Source of the DNA: the human T2T-CHM13v2.0 reference genome, Homo sapiens
Assembly: GCF_009914755.1 (NCBI RefSeq)
Contig: NC_060947.1
Direction: 5' to 3' (one strand)
DNA: 64,000 nt
Position numbers and translations under genes: made by a program. Of the stretch, positions 21,171-38,905 are shown piece after piece. Positions within the stretch are counted from its first letter, which is position 1, and each line of letters starts with the position of its first letter. Under the pieces are notes generated by a model, which saw only the letters and a list, made by a program, of their open reading frames with translations, had not been told where the DNA came from and made no database searches.

Positions 21171-21339
21171 TGTATATGGAGCATTTTTTTTTTTTTAAAT
21201 AAAGCTTGGAAGGCTTTTAGCCACTCCTTTTCTTTCCTCCCAAATTAACTGCTCTCTATATGCTCACCAGTGACCACGAAGGCTTTCTAAGGTTTGAGGC
21301 CACCGATGCCCTCAGGGCCCCGAGGGGAATCATAATAGT

Positions 21340-21520
21340 ATGAGAACAGGAAACAGACTGCCTGGTTTCAGACCTCGGCTGCTTGCTAGTTGCATGACTG
21401 TGGGACGGGTTACTTAAATCTCTTCGTTTCCTCAGATGTAAAATGGGGATGCTAACAGCATGTTTAGAACAGTGTCTGGCACATAGTAACCATTATGTAA
21501 GTGTTGTCTATTATTATTTG
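21340..21520 (+). mobile_element. MIR
   Basis: gggttacttaaatctcttcgtttcctcagatgtaaaatggggatgctaacagc...cagtgtctggcacatagtaa. Confidence 0.75.
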
Positions 21521-22547
21521 TAGATACTAAGGGGGACTTGCCTGGAAGCAGACTTGTGTCCGCAGTATACAAACTCACCCTTTAATGCACACACTGACCA
21601 GATAACACAAACACATTTACCCCCACAGCACCTAGACTCTTCTCACAGTACACACACTTGCCTTCCAGTACACAGACATATCCAAAGGCACACCGACAAG
21701 CACCACAGCAAAAAGATGTTCCCCAGAACACATGGACACCCCAATCCCCGTATCATTAGACTCTCCCAGAGGCACGTATGTACTGCTTAATGCAGAGACT
21801 CACCTGAGGCACACTGATGCACCCCGCATGACACAGACTTGCCCCCCCATAAGGACTCTACTATGACACACAGACAATCCCAACATCACACACTGTTCCC
21901 ACATCACACGAACCCATTTTAGGAAACACACAGCATACAGACTTACCCCATAGAACACGGCTTCCCCGACAAGCACACATACTCTCAAGGCCAGTAGACT
22001 CACCCCACAGCACACAGACTTTCTCTAGAGTGTACAGCTTCTTCCCACAGCAAACAGACTCTCCCCAGGGCACACAGACACCCCTGACATCACATACTCT
22101 CACCACAGACCATAGACTCGTCCTAGAGCACAGGGACTCTTGCCAATGAAACAGACTTTCCCGAGAATAGACTCATGAGACAGCTTGAAGACCCGCATCA
22201 TGACACAAAGACTCTCCCACAACAGACAGACTCACCCCATTGTGTACAGACAAGCACCATAGGCCACAGACCATCACCTCAGGACACAGACTTGCCCAGC
22301 ACCACACAGACACTCTGCAGAGCACGTAGAGTCACCCCGCAAAGCACAGACTAAACCCATACTACAGAGACTCTCCCTATAGCTTTCAGACAAGTTTACC
22401 CCACCACAGAGACATGCAACGGTACATCTTACAACATATATCACTCCTTGATGCACACAATTGTGCCACAGCACACAAACTTGTCCTACAGTGCACAAAT
22501 TCATGTCACAAAAGACACACTCACCACACAATACAAATACTTGCTCC

Positions 22548-22891
<344 letters not shown>

Positions 22892-23320
22892 TTACTTGCT
22901 CCAGAGTTCACTCATTTGCCCTAAAATATCTAGACCTTACCCCAGAGTTACCACACAATGCATGCTGTGTCCCTGCATCACCAAAATACAACTCAAACTC
23001 CTCAGACACACTCTGATAAATAGACATACCTGACAATGTACAGCTTGGCATCATAGCAGGAAAAACTGGCTCTACAACAGATTTATTCTACAACAGACAC
23101 ACTCAGGCTGTAGAGACACCTAATCTTTCTTTAAGGTATTCAGACCCACCCTTTTGGGCACAGTCACAGATGTGATCCAGGATACCCTCACCCATCCCAC
23201 AATACTGATGCAACCCACAGCGTACAAACACATCCCACAGCATAACACTCTAAGCCCACAGTGCTCAGAAATGTCAGGCACACATTTGCCATACAGATTT
23301 ACTTCACACACAAAAAACAC

Positions 23321-23657
<337 letters not shown>

Positions 23658-24204
23658 TTATAGTGCCTATACAATGCAAACATGTATCCCAAAATATATG
23701 AAACTATTTGCTATGTCACTCTTAGGTTTACCCCAAAGCACATAGACCGTTTTCACTGCTCAAGCTGCTGCCTACAAAACAGGAGATGCCAAGCCATGCA
23801 CAGAAATTCACCAAAATGCACAGATTCACCTATCAATATACATACTTGCCTCACAACTCACACAAACACCACCGAGCACTGAGACTCACCCTAAATGTAC
23901 AGACAAGCCCTTCAGGGCACAGACTTACTCTGTAACATACTAAATCACATCCCCCATACTTAGATGTGCCTTATGATTCACAGTGATGCGTGTAAACACA
24001 TAGATTGCTTCCACAATGCACAGAATTGCATCATAACACAGACTTACTCTACAGTGCAAAACTGACAGTGCACATAAACATTTCCCAGTCGGCTAGACAC
24101 ACAACACACATATTACTCCTACAATGTAAAGATTTCCATCACGGTGGACAGACGTGCTTTTCCATGCTGTTGAGCTACAACTCTGGCCTACAACAACAGA
24201 AATA

Positions 24205-24480
24205 CAGCTTGTGTAATAGTTACCAGCAAGGCCTCTAGACCCATACTAACTGGGTTTGAATCAAGGTCCCGTCCCTTGCTGATTGTATCACCTTGGGTAA
24301 GTATATTTCTTTGTTCTTTAGTTTGTGCAACTGTAAAACAAAGATAAGAGTAGTGCCTACTTCAAAGAGTTGTTGTGAGTAATAAATACGTTAAGATTTG
24401 TTAAGTGCTTAGTACAGTGCCTGGTACATAGTGACTATTAGAATTGTTAATGTATATTACAACCATCACTATCATTACTA
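24205..24480 (+). mobile_element. MIR inside the CA-rich domain
   Basis: ctgggtttgaatcaagg...accttgggtaagt...ttgttgtgagtaataaa...gtacagtgcctggtacatagt. Confidence 0.75.
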
Positions 24481-24679
24481 CCAAAACAAAAAAGGCCTAC
24501 CCCAGATATCTAGAATCATCTGACAACAAGAAGGCTCACCATATAATATATAGATTAGCCCTAGAACGTCTAGAAACACTCGACAGCACACAGACACCCC
24601 GCCATAGTACCCACATACCCTACAGACCAGAACCCTAACCAGATATCACTCACAACACACAGAATTGCATCACTAGTAA

Positions 24680-25287
<608 letters not shown>

Positions 25288-25674
25288 ACAACGCATTTTA
25301 CACTTACCTCATGCTTGTCCCATAAAGAACTACATGCCCCACATCGCCTAAGTTGCCCATAAATCTGACTTACCGAACACTGCCACACGTATGACCAGGC
25401 CCCATACCACACAGATTTGCTCTGTAATACCTAGATAAGTCCTAACATGCAGAGATCACCCCTAAACACAAAACCATCCCAACTGCACAGCGTCATATCA
25501 CAACAGACACACACACTCATCCCATAACATGCAGACTTGCACGAAAACACCCAGACTCCCACAAAGCAAACCCACGCCCACAATGCTAATACCACACAAC
25601 GCCCAGACTGGCACAAGACAAAGACTAGCCTCAACTCATCTAGTCTCAACCCACATGATATAAAACTTGCTCTA

Positions 25675-26260
<586 letters not shown>

Positions 26261-26407
26261 CACACGAAATTGGACCATAAAGGTAAGACTCAATCTAAAA
26301 CAACTCGAATCAACCCACAATGCATAGAATATCCCTCATAAAGCACAGAATTGCATCATAGTGAATACTCTCACCGCTCTTTTCCTATAACACCCATCCC
26401 ATATTGA

Positions 26408-26717
<310 letters not shown>

Positions 26718-27186
26718 TGACTGTACCTATTCCGTAACGCCTAGAAGCATCTATCATATAGAGTTTCTGCATAACACCTAGACTTATCACACAACAGCTA
26801 GACACGCTACAATGCACAACATACCCAACAAACAGAAACTCATTCATGAAAAGACTCATCTCAGTTTAAGCAAATGCACTCTATCATACACATACGTGCT
26901 CTACAATACACATACTCACCCCAGAACACCACATTGGCTCCACAACACAAGGAACTCACTTCAAAATCTCTAGAAACAATCCACAAGCCATAGACTTCTC
27001 CAATATGCAGAACAGCATCACACCACATAAACTTGACTACAATTAACAGACAAGAAACCAGGACATGTGCCATAACACATACATTATCCCCGTGACATAA
27101 ATACTGGTCCAGCAAAATACTGTCTTCCCTATACAACACTAAGATGTGCTTCATAAAATACAAACTTGTTTGACAACACAAATTAA

Positions 27187-27759
<573 letters not shown>

Positions 27760-27814
27760 TAGACTCGCCCGGAAACACCCAGATCCATTTTACATTTTAA
27801 AGACTCACATCCCA

Positions 27815-28110
27815 GGCCAGGTGTGGTGGCTCACGCCTGTAATCCCCGCACTTTGGGAGGCCGAGGTAGGCGGATCACAAGGTTAGGAGTTTGAGACCAG
27901 CCTGGCCAACATGGTGAAACCCTGACTCTACTAAAAATACAAAAATTAGCCGGGCATGGTGGCGGGCACCTGTAATCCCAGTACTCAGGAGGTTGAGGCA
28001 GGAGAATCGCTTGAACCTGGGAGGCGGAGGTTGCGGTGAGCCAAGACCGCACCATTGCCCTCCAGCCTGGGCGACAGAGCAAGACTCCGTCTCAAAAAAA
28101 AAAAAAAAAA
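27815..28110 (+). mobile_element. AluS
   Basis: TSD actca(c/t)atccca. Confidence 0.93.
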
Positions 28111-29334
28111 CTCATATCCCAGATTAGTCTGCCAACCCATGGACATGCTCCACAATGCATGGATAGAACCACAATGCATGGACATGCCTTACAACACATG
28201 GAACTACACAGGCTCTACCTTTAACACACAAACTGTCTCCATAAAACACTTCCTTGTCTCTTCAAAACTTAGTTTAAAATCAGAAGAAATGCTCAAAAAT
28301 ACACATAGACTCAACAAGGCCTGGACATACCCCACTTCAACTAGCCTTGTCTTGTAACACTGAGACTCATCTGAAACATAGAGATACATTATGCCACACC
28401 TAGAATGACCCCCCAGAAACCAGACTAGCTCCAGAACACCCAAATAGGAGCCACAGTATATGGACATAACCCTACATATACAAATCCTTCCTACAACATA
28501 ACGACTAATCCCACAAAACACTTTCTTGCTCCATAACACCAACACTTACCTCCCTGTGCATAGAATCGCTGGACAATACAGACACTTCTTACAATTACAG
28601 ATATGATTCACAATACTAAGACTTGCTGTAACACATGCCAACTTCTCCAAGCCACACAGAATCACAACATTGTATGTATTATCGGACATGTCCGTATATT
28701 TTGGGGACAACTGAACTTATCCCATGACACCCAGGCCTTCCCCAAAATACATGGACGTGTCCCATCATACATATAATTTCCAGACAACAAAGACTGGTCC
28801 TGAAAAATAGGTTTTTTATTTCATAACACCAACGCTTAGCTGAGAGCACGCAGAAGTGCTGAGCAAAACATGCGTAAAACCCCACGATGCACAGACATGC
28901 CCTACAACACCCAAAGTCACTTCATAACACACAATCTCACTGCAACACACCAACCCAGGGACTTACCCTGAGACACTCAGACTAACACATCACATCCAGA
29001 TCTACCCCCACCTAACCCTAATTGCCCCATGTCACCAGACTTACGTTGCAATAGCCAGACTTGACCTGCAATAGTCTGATTTGTCCCCTAACAACTAGAC
29101 AAGACTATCCACACAATACATACAAAGACCCCCAAAATGTTTGCTTGTCTCCACAACACTGACAGTTTCTTAAGAACACACACAGATGCTGGAAAATACA
29201 CAACCAAGTCCTGCAGCACTAAGATATGTGCCTGTAATACCTAGATTTGCCACACAACACCCAGAATGGCCCTGCAAAACTCCAGAATGCACCACAACAA
29301 GAATACATGCCTTGTGACACCAGAGCACGCCTTA

Positions 29335-29678
29335 CAGCAGTCCCCAACCTGTTTGGCACCAGGGACCACTTTTGTGGAAGACAGTTTTTCCACGGACTGG
29401 GGGTGAGGTGGGAGGGGTGGTTTTGGGATGAAACTGTTCTGCCTCAGATCATCAGGCATTAGATTCTCATAAGGAGTGCACAACCCTGATCCCTCTCATG
29501 CACGGTTCACAATAGGGTTCACACTCTTGTGAGAATCTAATGCTGTAGCTGATCTGACAGGAGGCAGAGCTCAGGTGGTAATGCTTGCTCACTCACTGCT
29601 CGCCTCCTGCTGTGTGGCCTGGTTCCTAGCAGGCCATGGAGTGGTACTGGTCCGTGGCCCAGGGGTTAGGGACCCCTG
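29335..29678 (+). mobile_element. MER1B (hAT-Charlie MITE)
   Basis: TIRs cagcagtccccaacc...ggttagggacccctg; body ctcagatcatcaggcattagattctcataaggag. Confidence 0.85.
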
Positions 29679-30784
29679 CCTTACACCACATGGCGTGCTC
29701 CATAATACACAAACCATCCTAATAACATAGACTGACTCTATACTTACTTGCCTCAATAACATTAAGACACACCTTAGACCACATAAAAATGTTAGATAAC
29801 ATACAGAAAAAAACACATAAATAACAGACATGCCCTATAACACTTACACTCGCCTCATAGCACTCAGGTTCTCCTGTGACAGCTGGATTTACCCCCAAAA
29901 TACCTAGACCTACCCCAAAGCACCCAGACATGCCCCACATAACCAGAAACATCACATATCACTCAAACACCTTCCAACAATCAGACTTGCCTGGCAACCC
30001 AGACTGTCCTACAATACACAGTAATGGCCCACAGCCAAGAGACTTCTCACAACTTACAGACTGGCCACAAAAAGCATCTTTTTGCTTTCACAACATCAAG
30101 ACTTTCCACACAGCACATAGAAACAATGGACAAAGTTCAGAAAACCCCAGAGTGTAGTGGTATGCCTCATAACATCCAGAGTCACCCCATAACACAGGAC
30201 CTAGACTGGCCCGATAAGATAGAATTAATACCCGCAATAAACAAACATGCCCTCTAATATATGAATTCATCACACAACACGCACACTGTCCCCACAAACA
30301 CCTTTTTGGTGTCAAGAAGAAAAAGACTAGCTTCACTGAACAGAGAAATGCTGGACAGTGCACCTGCAGTTAAAAAAAAAAAAAAACAACCTCACAGACA
30401 CAGCATTCATCACCCGAATCTGTTACAAAGTAACAGGCATCATCTTCTGACACACATATTTACCCCCCAGCACCAGAGTAGCTCCATAAAATACCTTCTT
30501 GCTTTTACAGTGCGAAGACTCGCCTCATAGCACAAGTCTGACATGCTGGAGAACACTCAGACAAAATCCTTAACATACATAAATATCACCCGGATTCCCT
30601 CCACAACATGAAATCTAACCCCATGAAACCCATGATAGTCCACAAAACCAGACACGCCTTATATCACCCAGTCTAGCTTCACAACAGCCAGGCATAATGC
30701 AAACTCGCCCCCGCAACTCATGAAAATACTCCACACCCAACAAACCTTCCCCCAACACAGAAACTTGCCGGGCAAAACAAATGC

Positions 30785-31080
<296 letters not shown>

Positions 31081-31228
31081 TCATGACACTCTCACACCAA
31101 GACTTGCTTCAGAGCACACACAAAAGATATAAAAGGATTGAAAACATACAGAACAACTTTGCAATGTGCAGATATACAGCAGTACTCACCTCAAATTACA
31201 GAAAGTCATACAACAAGATCCCTGCTGG

Positions 31229-34200
31229 TTCCATGATACACACATTCCATACACAGACACAGACACATTCCATACACACACACACATTCCATACACGTGC
31301 ACACACACATTCCATACACACAGACACACATTCCATACACACAGACACATATTCGATACATTCCACACACACACACATTCCATACACACACATTCCATAC
31401 ACACACATTCCATACACACACATTCCATACACACACATTCCATACATACACACACATTCCACACACACACATTCCATACACATACACACACATTCCATAC
31501 ACGCACACACACATTCCATACACACAAACATTCCATACACACACACACATTCCATACACATACACAGACACACATTCCATACACACACACACATTCCATA
31601 CACAGACACACATTCCATAAACACACACACATTCCATACACACACACATTCCATACACACACACATTCCATATACACACATTCCATACACACACATAGAC
31701 ACACATTCCATATACACACACGCATTCCATGCACATACACAGACACACATTCCATACACACACAGACACACATTCCATACGTGCACAGACATTCCATACA
31801 CAGAGACACATTCCATACACATACACACATTCCACACACACACACATTCGATACACACACAGAGGCATATTCCATACATACACACACACACATCCCATAC
31901 ACACATTCCATACACACACAGAGACACATTCCATATACACACACACATTCCATACACAAACATTCCGTACACACACAAATTCCGTATGCACACACATTGC
32001 TTACGCACACACAGACACATTCCATACACATACAGAAACACATTCCATACACACACATTCCGTACACACACACACATTCCATTCACACACACACGTTCCA
32101 TACACACACACATTCCATACAGAGACACATTCCATACACACACACCCACACATTCCTTAAACACACACATTCCATATACATACAGAAACACATTCCACAC
32201 ACACATATTCCATACACACACATTGTATACACACAAACACATACCATACACAGAGACACATTCCATACACACACATTCCATACACACACACATTCCATAC
32301 ACATACACAGACACATTCCATACACACACACACACACATTCCATACACATACACAGACACATTCTATACCACAGACACACATTGCTTACACACATTCCAT
32401 ACACACACACATTCCATACACATAAACACACATTCCATACACGCACACACATACATTCCATACACACAGACACACATTCCATACACACAGACACATATTC
32501 GATACACACACACATTCCATGCACACACACACATTCCATACACACACACATTCCATACACAAACACATTCCATACACATACACAGAAACACATTCCATAT
32601 ACACACACACATTCCATACACATACACAGACACACATTCCATACACACACACATTCCATACACACACACAGACATATTCCATAATCACACACACATCCCA
32701 TACACATACACAGATACATTCCATACACACACATTCCATACACACACACAGACATTCCATACACACACAGACACATTCCACACACACACAAATTCCATAC
32801 ACAGACACACAGATTCCATTCACACACACACATTCCATACAAACTCACACATTCCACACACACACATTCCATACACACAGAGACACATTCCATGCACGCA
32901 CCCACACATTCCATACACATACAGAAACACATTCCATACACACACACATTCCATACACACACATATTCCATACACATACACACAAACACATACCATACAC
33001 GGAGACACATTCCATACACAGACACATTCCATACACATACACAGACACATTCCATACACACACACACAAACACACACATTCCATACACATACACAGATGC
33101 ATTCCAGACACACACACACACACATTCCGTACACACACATTCCATACACACACACGCAGACACATTACACACACACACATTCCATACACACAGAGACACA
33201 TTCCATACACATGCACACACATTCCATACACACACACATTCCATACACACACACATATTCCATACAAACACATTCCATACACACGCACACAGACATATTC
33301 CATAATCACACAGACATTCCATACACATACACATTCCATACACACACACACAGACACATTCCATACACACACACATTCCATACACACACACACATTCCAT
33401 CCACACACATTCCATACACACGCAGACACACATTCCATACACACACACATATTCCATACACACACACACACATATTCCATACCCACACACTGACACACAT
33501 TCCATACACAGACACCCACATTCCATACACACACACACTCCATATACAGACACACATTCCATACACACACACACTCCATATGCACACACACATTCCATAC
33601 ACACACATTCCATACACACACAGATACATTCCATACACATACACACATTCTATACACACACACATTCCATACACACACACATATTCCATACACACACACA
33701 TATTCCATACACACACACATTCCATACACACACACATTCCATAAACACACGCACATTCCATACACATGCAGACACATATTCCATACACACACACATTCCA
33801 TACCCATACACTGACACACATTCCATACGCAGACACACACATTCCATACACACACACTGCATACACAGACACACATTCCATACACACACATTCCATATGC
33901 ACACACACATTCCATACACACACATTCCATACACACACAGACACATTCCATACATATACACACATTCTATACACACACACACATTCCATACACACACACA
34001 TATTCCATACACACACACTGCATACACACACACATATTCCATACACACACACACATTCCATACACACACATTTCATACACACACAGACACACATTCCATA
34101 CACAGAGACATATTCCATACACACACATTCCATACACACACACAGACATATTCCATAATCACACACAGATTCCATACACACACACAGATACATTCCATGC

Positions 34201-37200
34201 ACACACACATTCCATACACACACATTCCATACACAGACACACATTCCATACACAGACACACATTCCATATACACACATATTCTATACACACACACACATT
34301 CCATATGCATACACACATTCCACACACACACACACACACTCCATACACACACAGAGGCATATTCCACACATACACACAAACACACATTCCATACACACAT
34401 TCCATACACACAGACATTCCATATACACACACATTCCTTACACACCACCGACACATTCCATACACACACACATTCCACACACACACAGACACATTCCATA
34501 CATACACATTCCATACACACACAGAGACACACATTCCATACACACACACATTCCATACAGACACATTCCATACACACACACAGACATATTCCATAATCAC
34601 ACAAACATTCCATACACATACACAGATACATTCCATACACACACATTCCATACACGCACACAGACATTCCATCTGCACACAGCTTCCATACACACACACA
34701 TTCCATACACATACACACATTCTATACACACACATATTCCATACACACACAGAGACATGGTCCATACACACACACACATTGCACACACACACACATATTC
34801 CACACACACACATTCCATACACACACACATTCCATACACACACACACACATTCCATACACACAGAGACACACATTCCATACACAGAGGCATATTCCATAC
34901 ACACACATTCCATACACACAGACATATTCCATAATCACACACAGATTCCATACACACACAGAGATACATTCCATGCACACACACACACATTCCATACACA
35001 TGGGCATTCCATACACGCACATTCCATACACATACACAGACACACGTTCCATACACACACACATTCCACCCACCCACACACTCCATACACACACAGAGAC
35101 ATATTCCATACATACACACACACATTCCGTACTCACACACATTCCATACACACAGACACATTCCATACACACACACACACACACATTCCTTAAACACACA
35201 GACACATTCCATATACATACAGAGACACATTCCACAGACACACATTCCATACACACGCACACATTCCATACACACACACACATTCCATACACACACACAC
35301 ATTCCATACACATACACAGGTACATTCCATATACACACACACATTCCATACACACACACAGACATTCCATACACACACAGAGACACATTCCATACACACA
35401 CATTCCGTACACACACACACATTCCATACACACACAGAGACACATTCCATACACACACATTCTGTACACACATTCCATACACATACACATTCCATACACA
35501 CACAGACACATTCCATACACACACAGACTCATTCCATACACACACAGAGACACATTCCATACACACATGCAGACACATTCCACAGACACACGCATTCCAT
35601 ACACACACAGAATCATTCCATACACACACATAGACACATTCCATACACAGACACATTCAATACACACACACATTCCATACACACAGACACACATTCAATA
35701 CACACACATTCTATACACACACGGAGACATATTCCATACATACACACACACACATCCCATAAACACACACACATCCCATACACACACACATTCCATACAC
35801 ACACACATTCCACACACACACATTCCATACACACACAGACACATTCCATACACACACGTTCGATACACAAACATTCCATACACACACATTCCATACACAC
35901 ACATTGCTTACACACACGTTTGATACACAAACATTCCATACACACACACATTGCTTACACACACATTGTTACACACACACACAGACACATTCCATACACA
36001 TACAGAAACACATTCCATACACACACAGACACATTCCATGCACACACATTCCATACACAGACACACACACATTCCATTCACACACACATTCCATACACAC
36101 ACATTCCATACACACACACATTCCATACAGAGACACATTCCATACACACACACATTCCATACACACACATTCCATACACACACACATTCCATACAGAGAC
36201 ACATTCCATACACACACACACCCACACATTTCTTAAACAAACACACAGACACATTCCGTATACATTCAGAAACACATTCCCTACACACACACATTCCATA
36301 CACACACACATTGTATACACATGCACAGAATCACATACCATACACAGAGACAAATTCCATACACAGACACATTCCATACACAAAAACACATTCCATGCAC
36401 ACACACATTACAGACACATACACAGACACACTCCATACACACACACACACATACACGGATACATTCCATACACACACACATTCCATACACACAGATATTC
36501 CATACACACACACAGACACATTCCATACACGCACACATTCCATACACACACACACGCACAGACACATTCCATACACACACACATTTCATACACACAGACA
36601 CATTCCATACACACACAAACATTCCATACACACAGACACATTCCATACACACACACATTCCATACACACAGACACACATTCCGTACACACAGACACACAT
36701 TCCATACACACAGACACACATTCGATACACACACATTCCATACACACACACATTTGATACACACACACACATTCCATACACATACACACACAGACACAGA
36801 CACACATTCCATGCACACACACACACGCACATTCCATACACACAGACACACATTCCATGCACACACACACATTACATACACACACATTCCATACACTTAC
36901 ACACACACATTGCATACACATACATCCCAGACCAACACACACACATTCCATACACATACACACACATTCCATACACACACATTCCATACACATGCACAGA
37001 CACACATTCCATACACACACATTCCTTACAGACACACATTCGATACATTCCAAACACACACACACATTCCATACTCACACATATTCCATACACACAGACA
37101 CACATTCCATACACACATTCCAAACACACACACACATTCCATACACACACATATTCCATACACACACATTCCATACACACATACATACACACACACATAC

Positions 37201-38905
37201 ACAGACACACATTCCATGCACACACACACATTCCATACACACACACATTCCATACACACACCTTCCATAGCAACAGACACACGCTCCATACACACACATT
37301 GCATACACATACACACACATTCCATACACACACATTCCATACACATGCACAGTTACCCATTCCATACACACACACATTCCATACACAGACACACACCATA
37401 CACACACACAGACACACATTCCATACACACACACATTCTGTATGCACACACACACATTCCATACCCACACACACACATTCGATACGCACATATATTCCAT
37501 ATACACACACACATTCCATACACAGACACATTCCATACACACACAGACACATTCCATACACATACACAGACACATTCTGTACACACAGACACACATTCCA
37601 TACACAGACACATTCCATACACACACAGACACATTCCATACACATACACAGACACATTCTGTACACACAGACACACATTCCATACACACACACATTCAGA
37701 CACATTCCATACTCACACACACACTTTCCATACACATACACAGACATGCATTCCATACACACACACACAGTCCATGCACACACACAAACACATTCCATAC
37801 ACATACACACATTCCACACACATACACACACAGACATTCCATACACACACAGAGGCATATTCCATACATACACACACACACATTCCATACACACACACAT
37901 TCCATACACACACATTCCACACACACATTCCATACACACACACACTTCCATACACAGAGACACATTCCATACACGCACAGACACACATTCTGTACACACA
38001 CACACAAACACATATTCCGTGTACACACACTTCCATACACACAGAGACACGTTCCATGCCCACACATTCCATACACACACAGACACATCCAGTACACACA
38101 CACACAGACACATTCCATATACACACACACATTCCCTACATACACACACAGACACATTCCATACACACACCCATACTCATTCCATACACACAGAGACACA
38201 TTCCATACACACACGCACACATTCCACACGCACACACATTCCATATACACACACAGACACATTCCATACACACACATTCCATACACACACACACATTCCA
38301 TATACACATACACATTCCGTATACACACACAGACTCATTCCATACACACACAGAGACACATTCCATTACACACACTCAGACACATTCCACACACACACAT
38401 TCATACACACACACATTCCATACACACACACAGAATCATTCCATACACACACAGACACATTCCATACACACAGACACACATTTGATACACACACACATTC
38501 CATATACACACACATTCCATACACACACATTGCATACCAACACACACACATTCCATACACATACACAGACACACATTCCATACACACACAAACACATTCC
38601 GTACACATACTCAGACACACATTCCATACACACACACACATTCCGTACACACACACAGTCACACATTCCATACACACACACATTCCATACGCACAAACAC
38701 ATTCCATACACACACACATATTCCATAAACACAAACACATTCCATACACACACACAGACTAATTCCATACACAGAGACACATTCCATACACTTACGCAGA
38801 CACATTCCACACACACACACATTCCATGCACACACATAGACTCATTCCGTACACACACATAGACACATTCCATACACACACAGACACATTCCATATGCAT
38901 ACGCA
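31229..38905. repeat. ~7.7 kb tandem array/VNTR of variable-length (CA)n-CATTCCA-TA units (about 15-27 bp)
   Basis: e.g. consecutive perfect 15-mers CATACACACACATTC at 31381-31440; spacers include cagac, cagagac and catac. Confidence 0.97.

Noticed and set aside
31229-38905. CRISPR-like 'constant repeat plus variable spacer' appearance
   Set aside because: The spacers are only CA-dinucleotide variants, not unique sequences; the context is eukaryotic with no cas genes.
31229-38905. Human satellite II/III (CATTC)n
   Set aside because: It shares the CATTCCAT word but lacks pentamer periodicity; units are separated by CA runs and the array sits in Alu-rich euchromatin.
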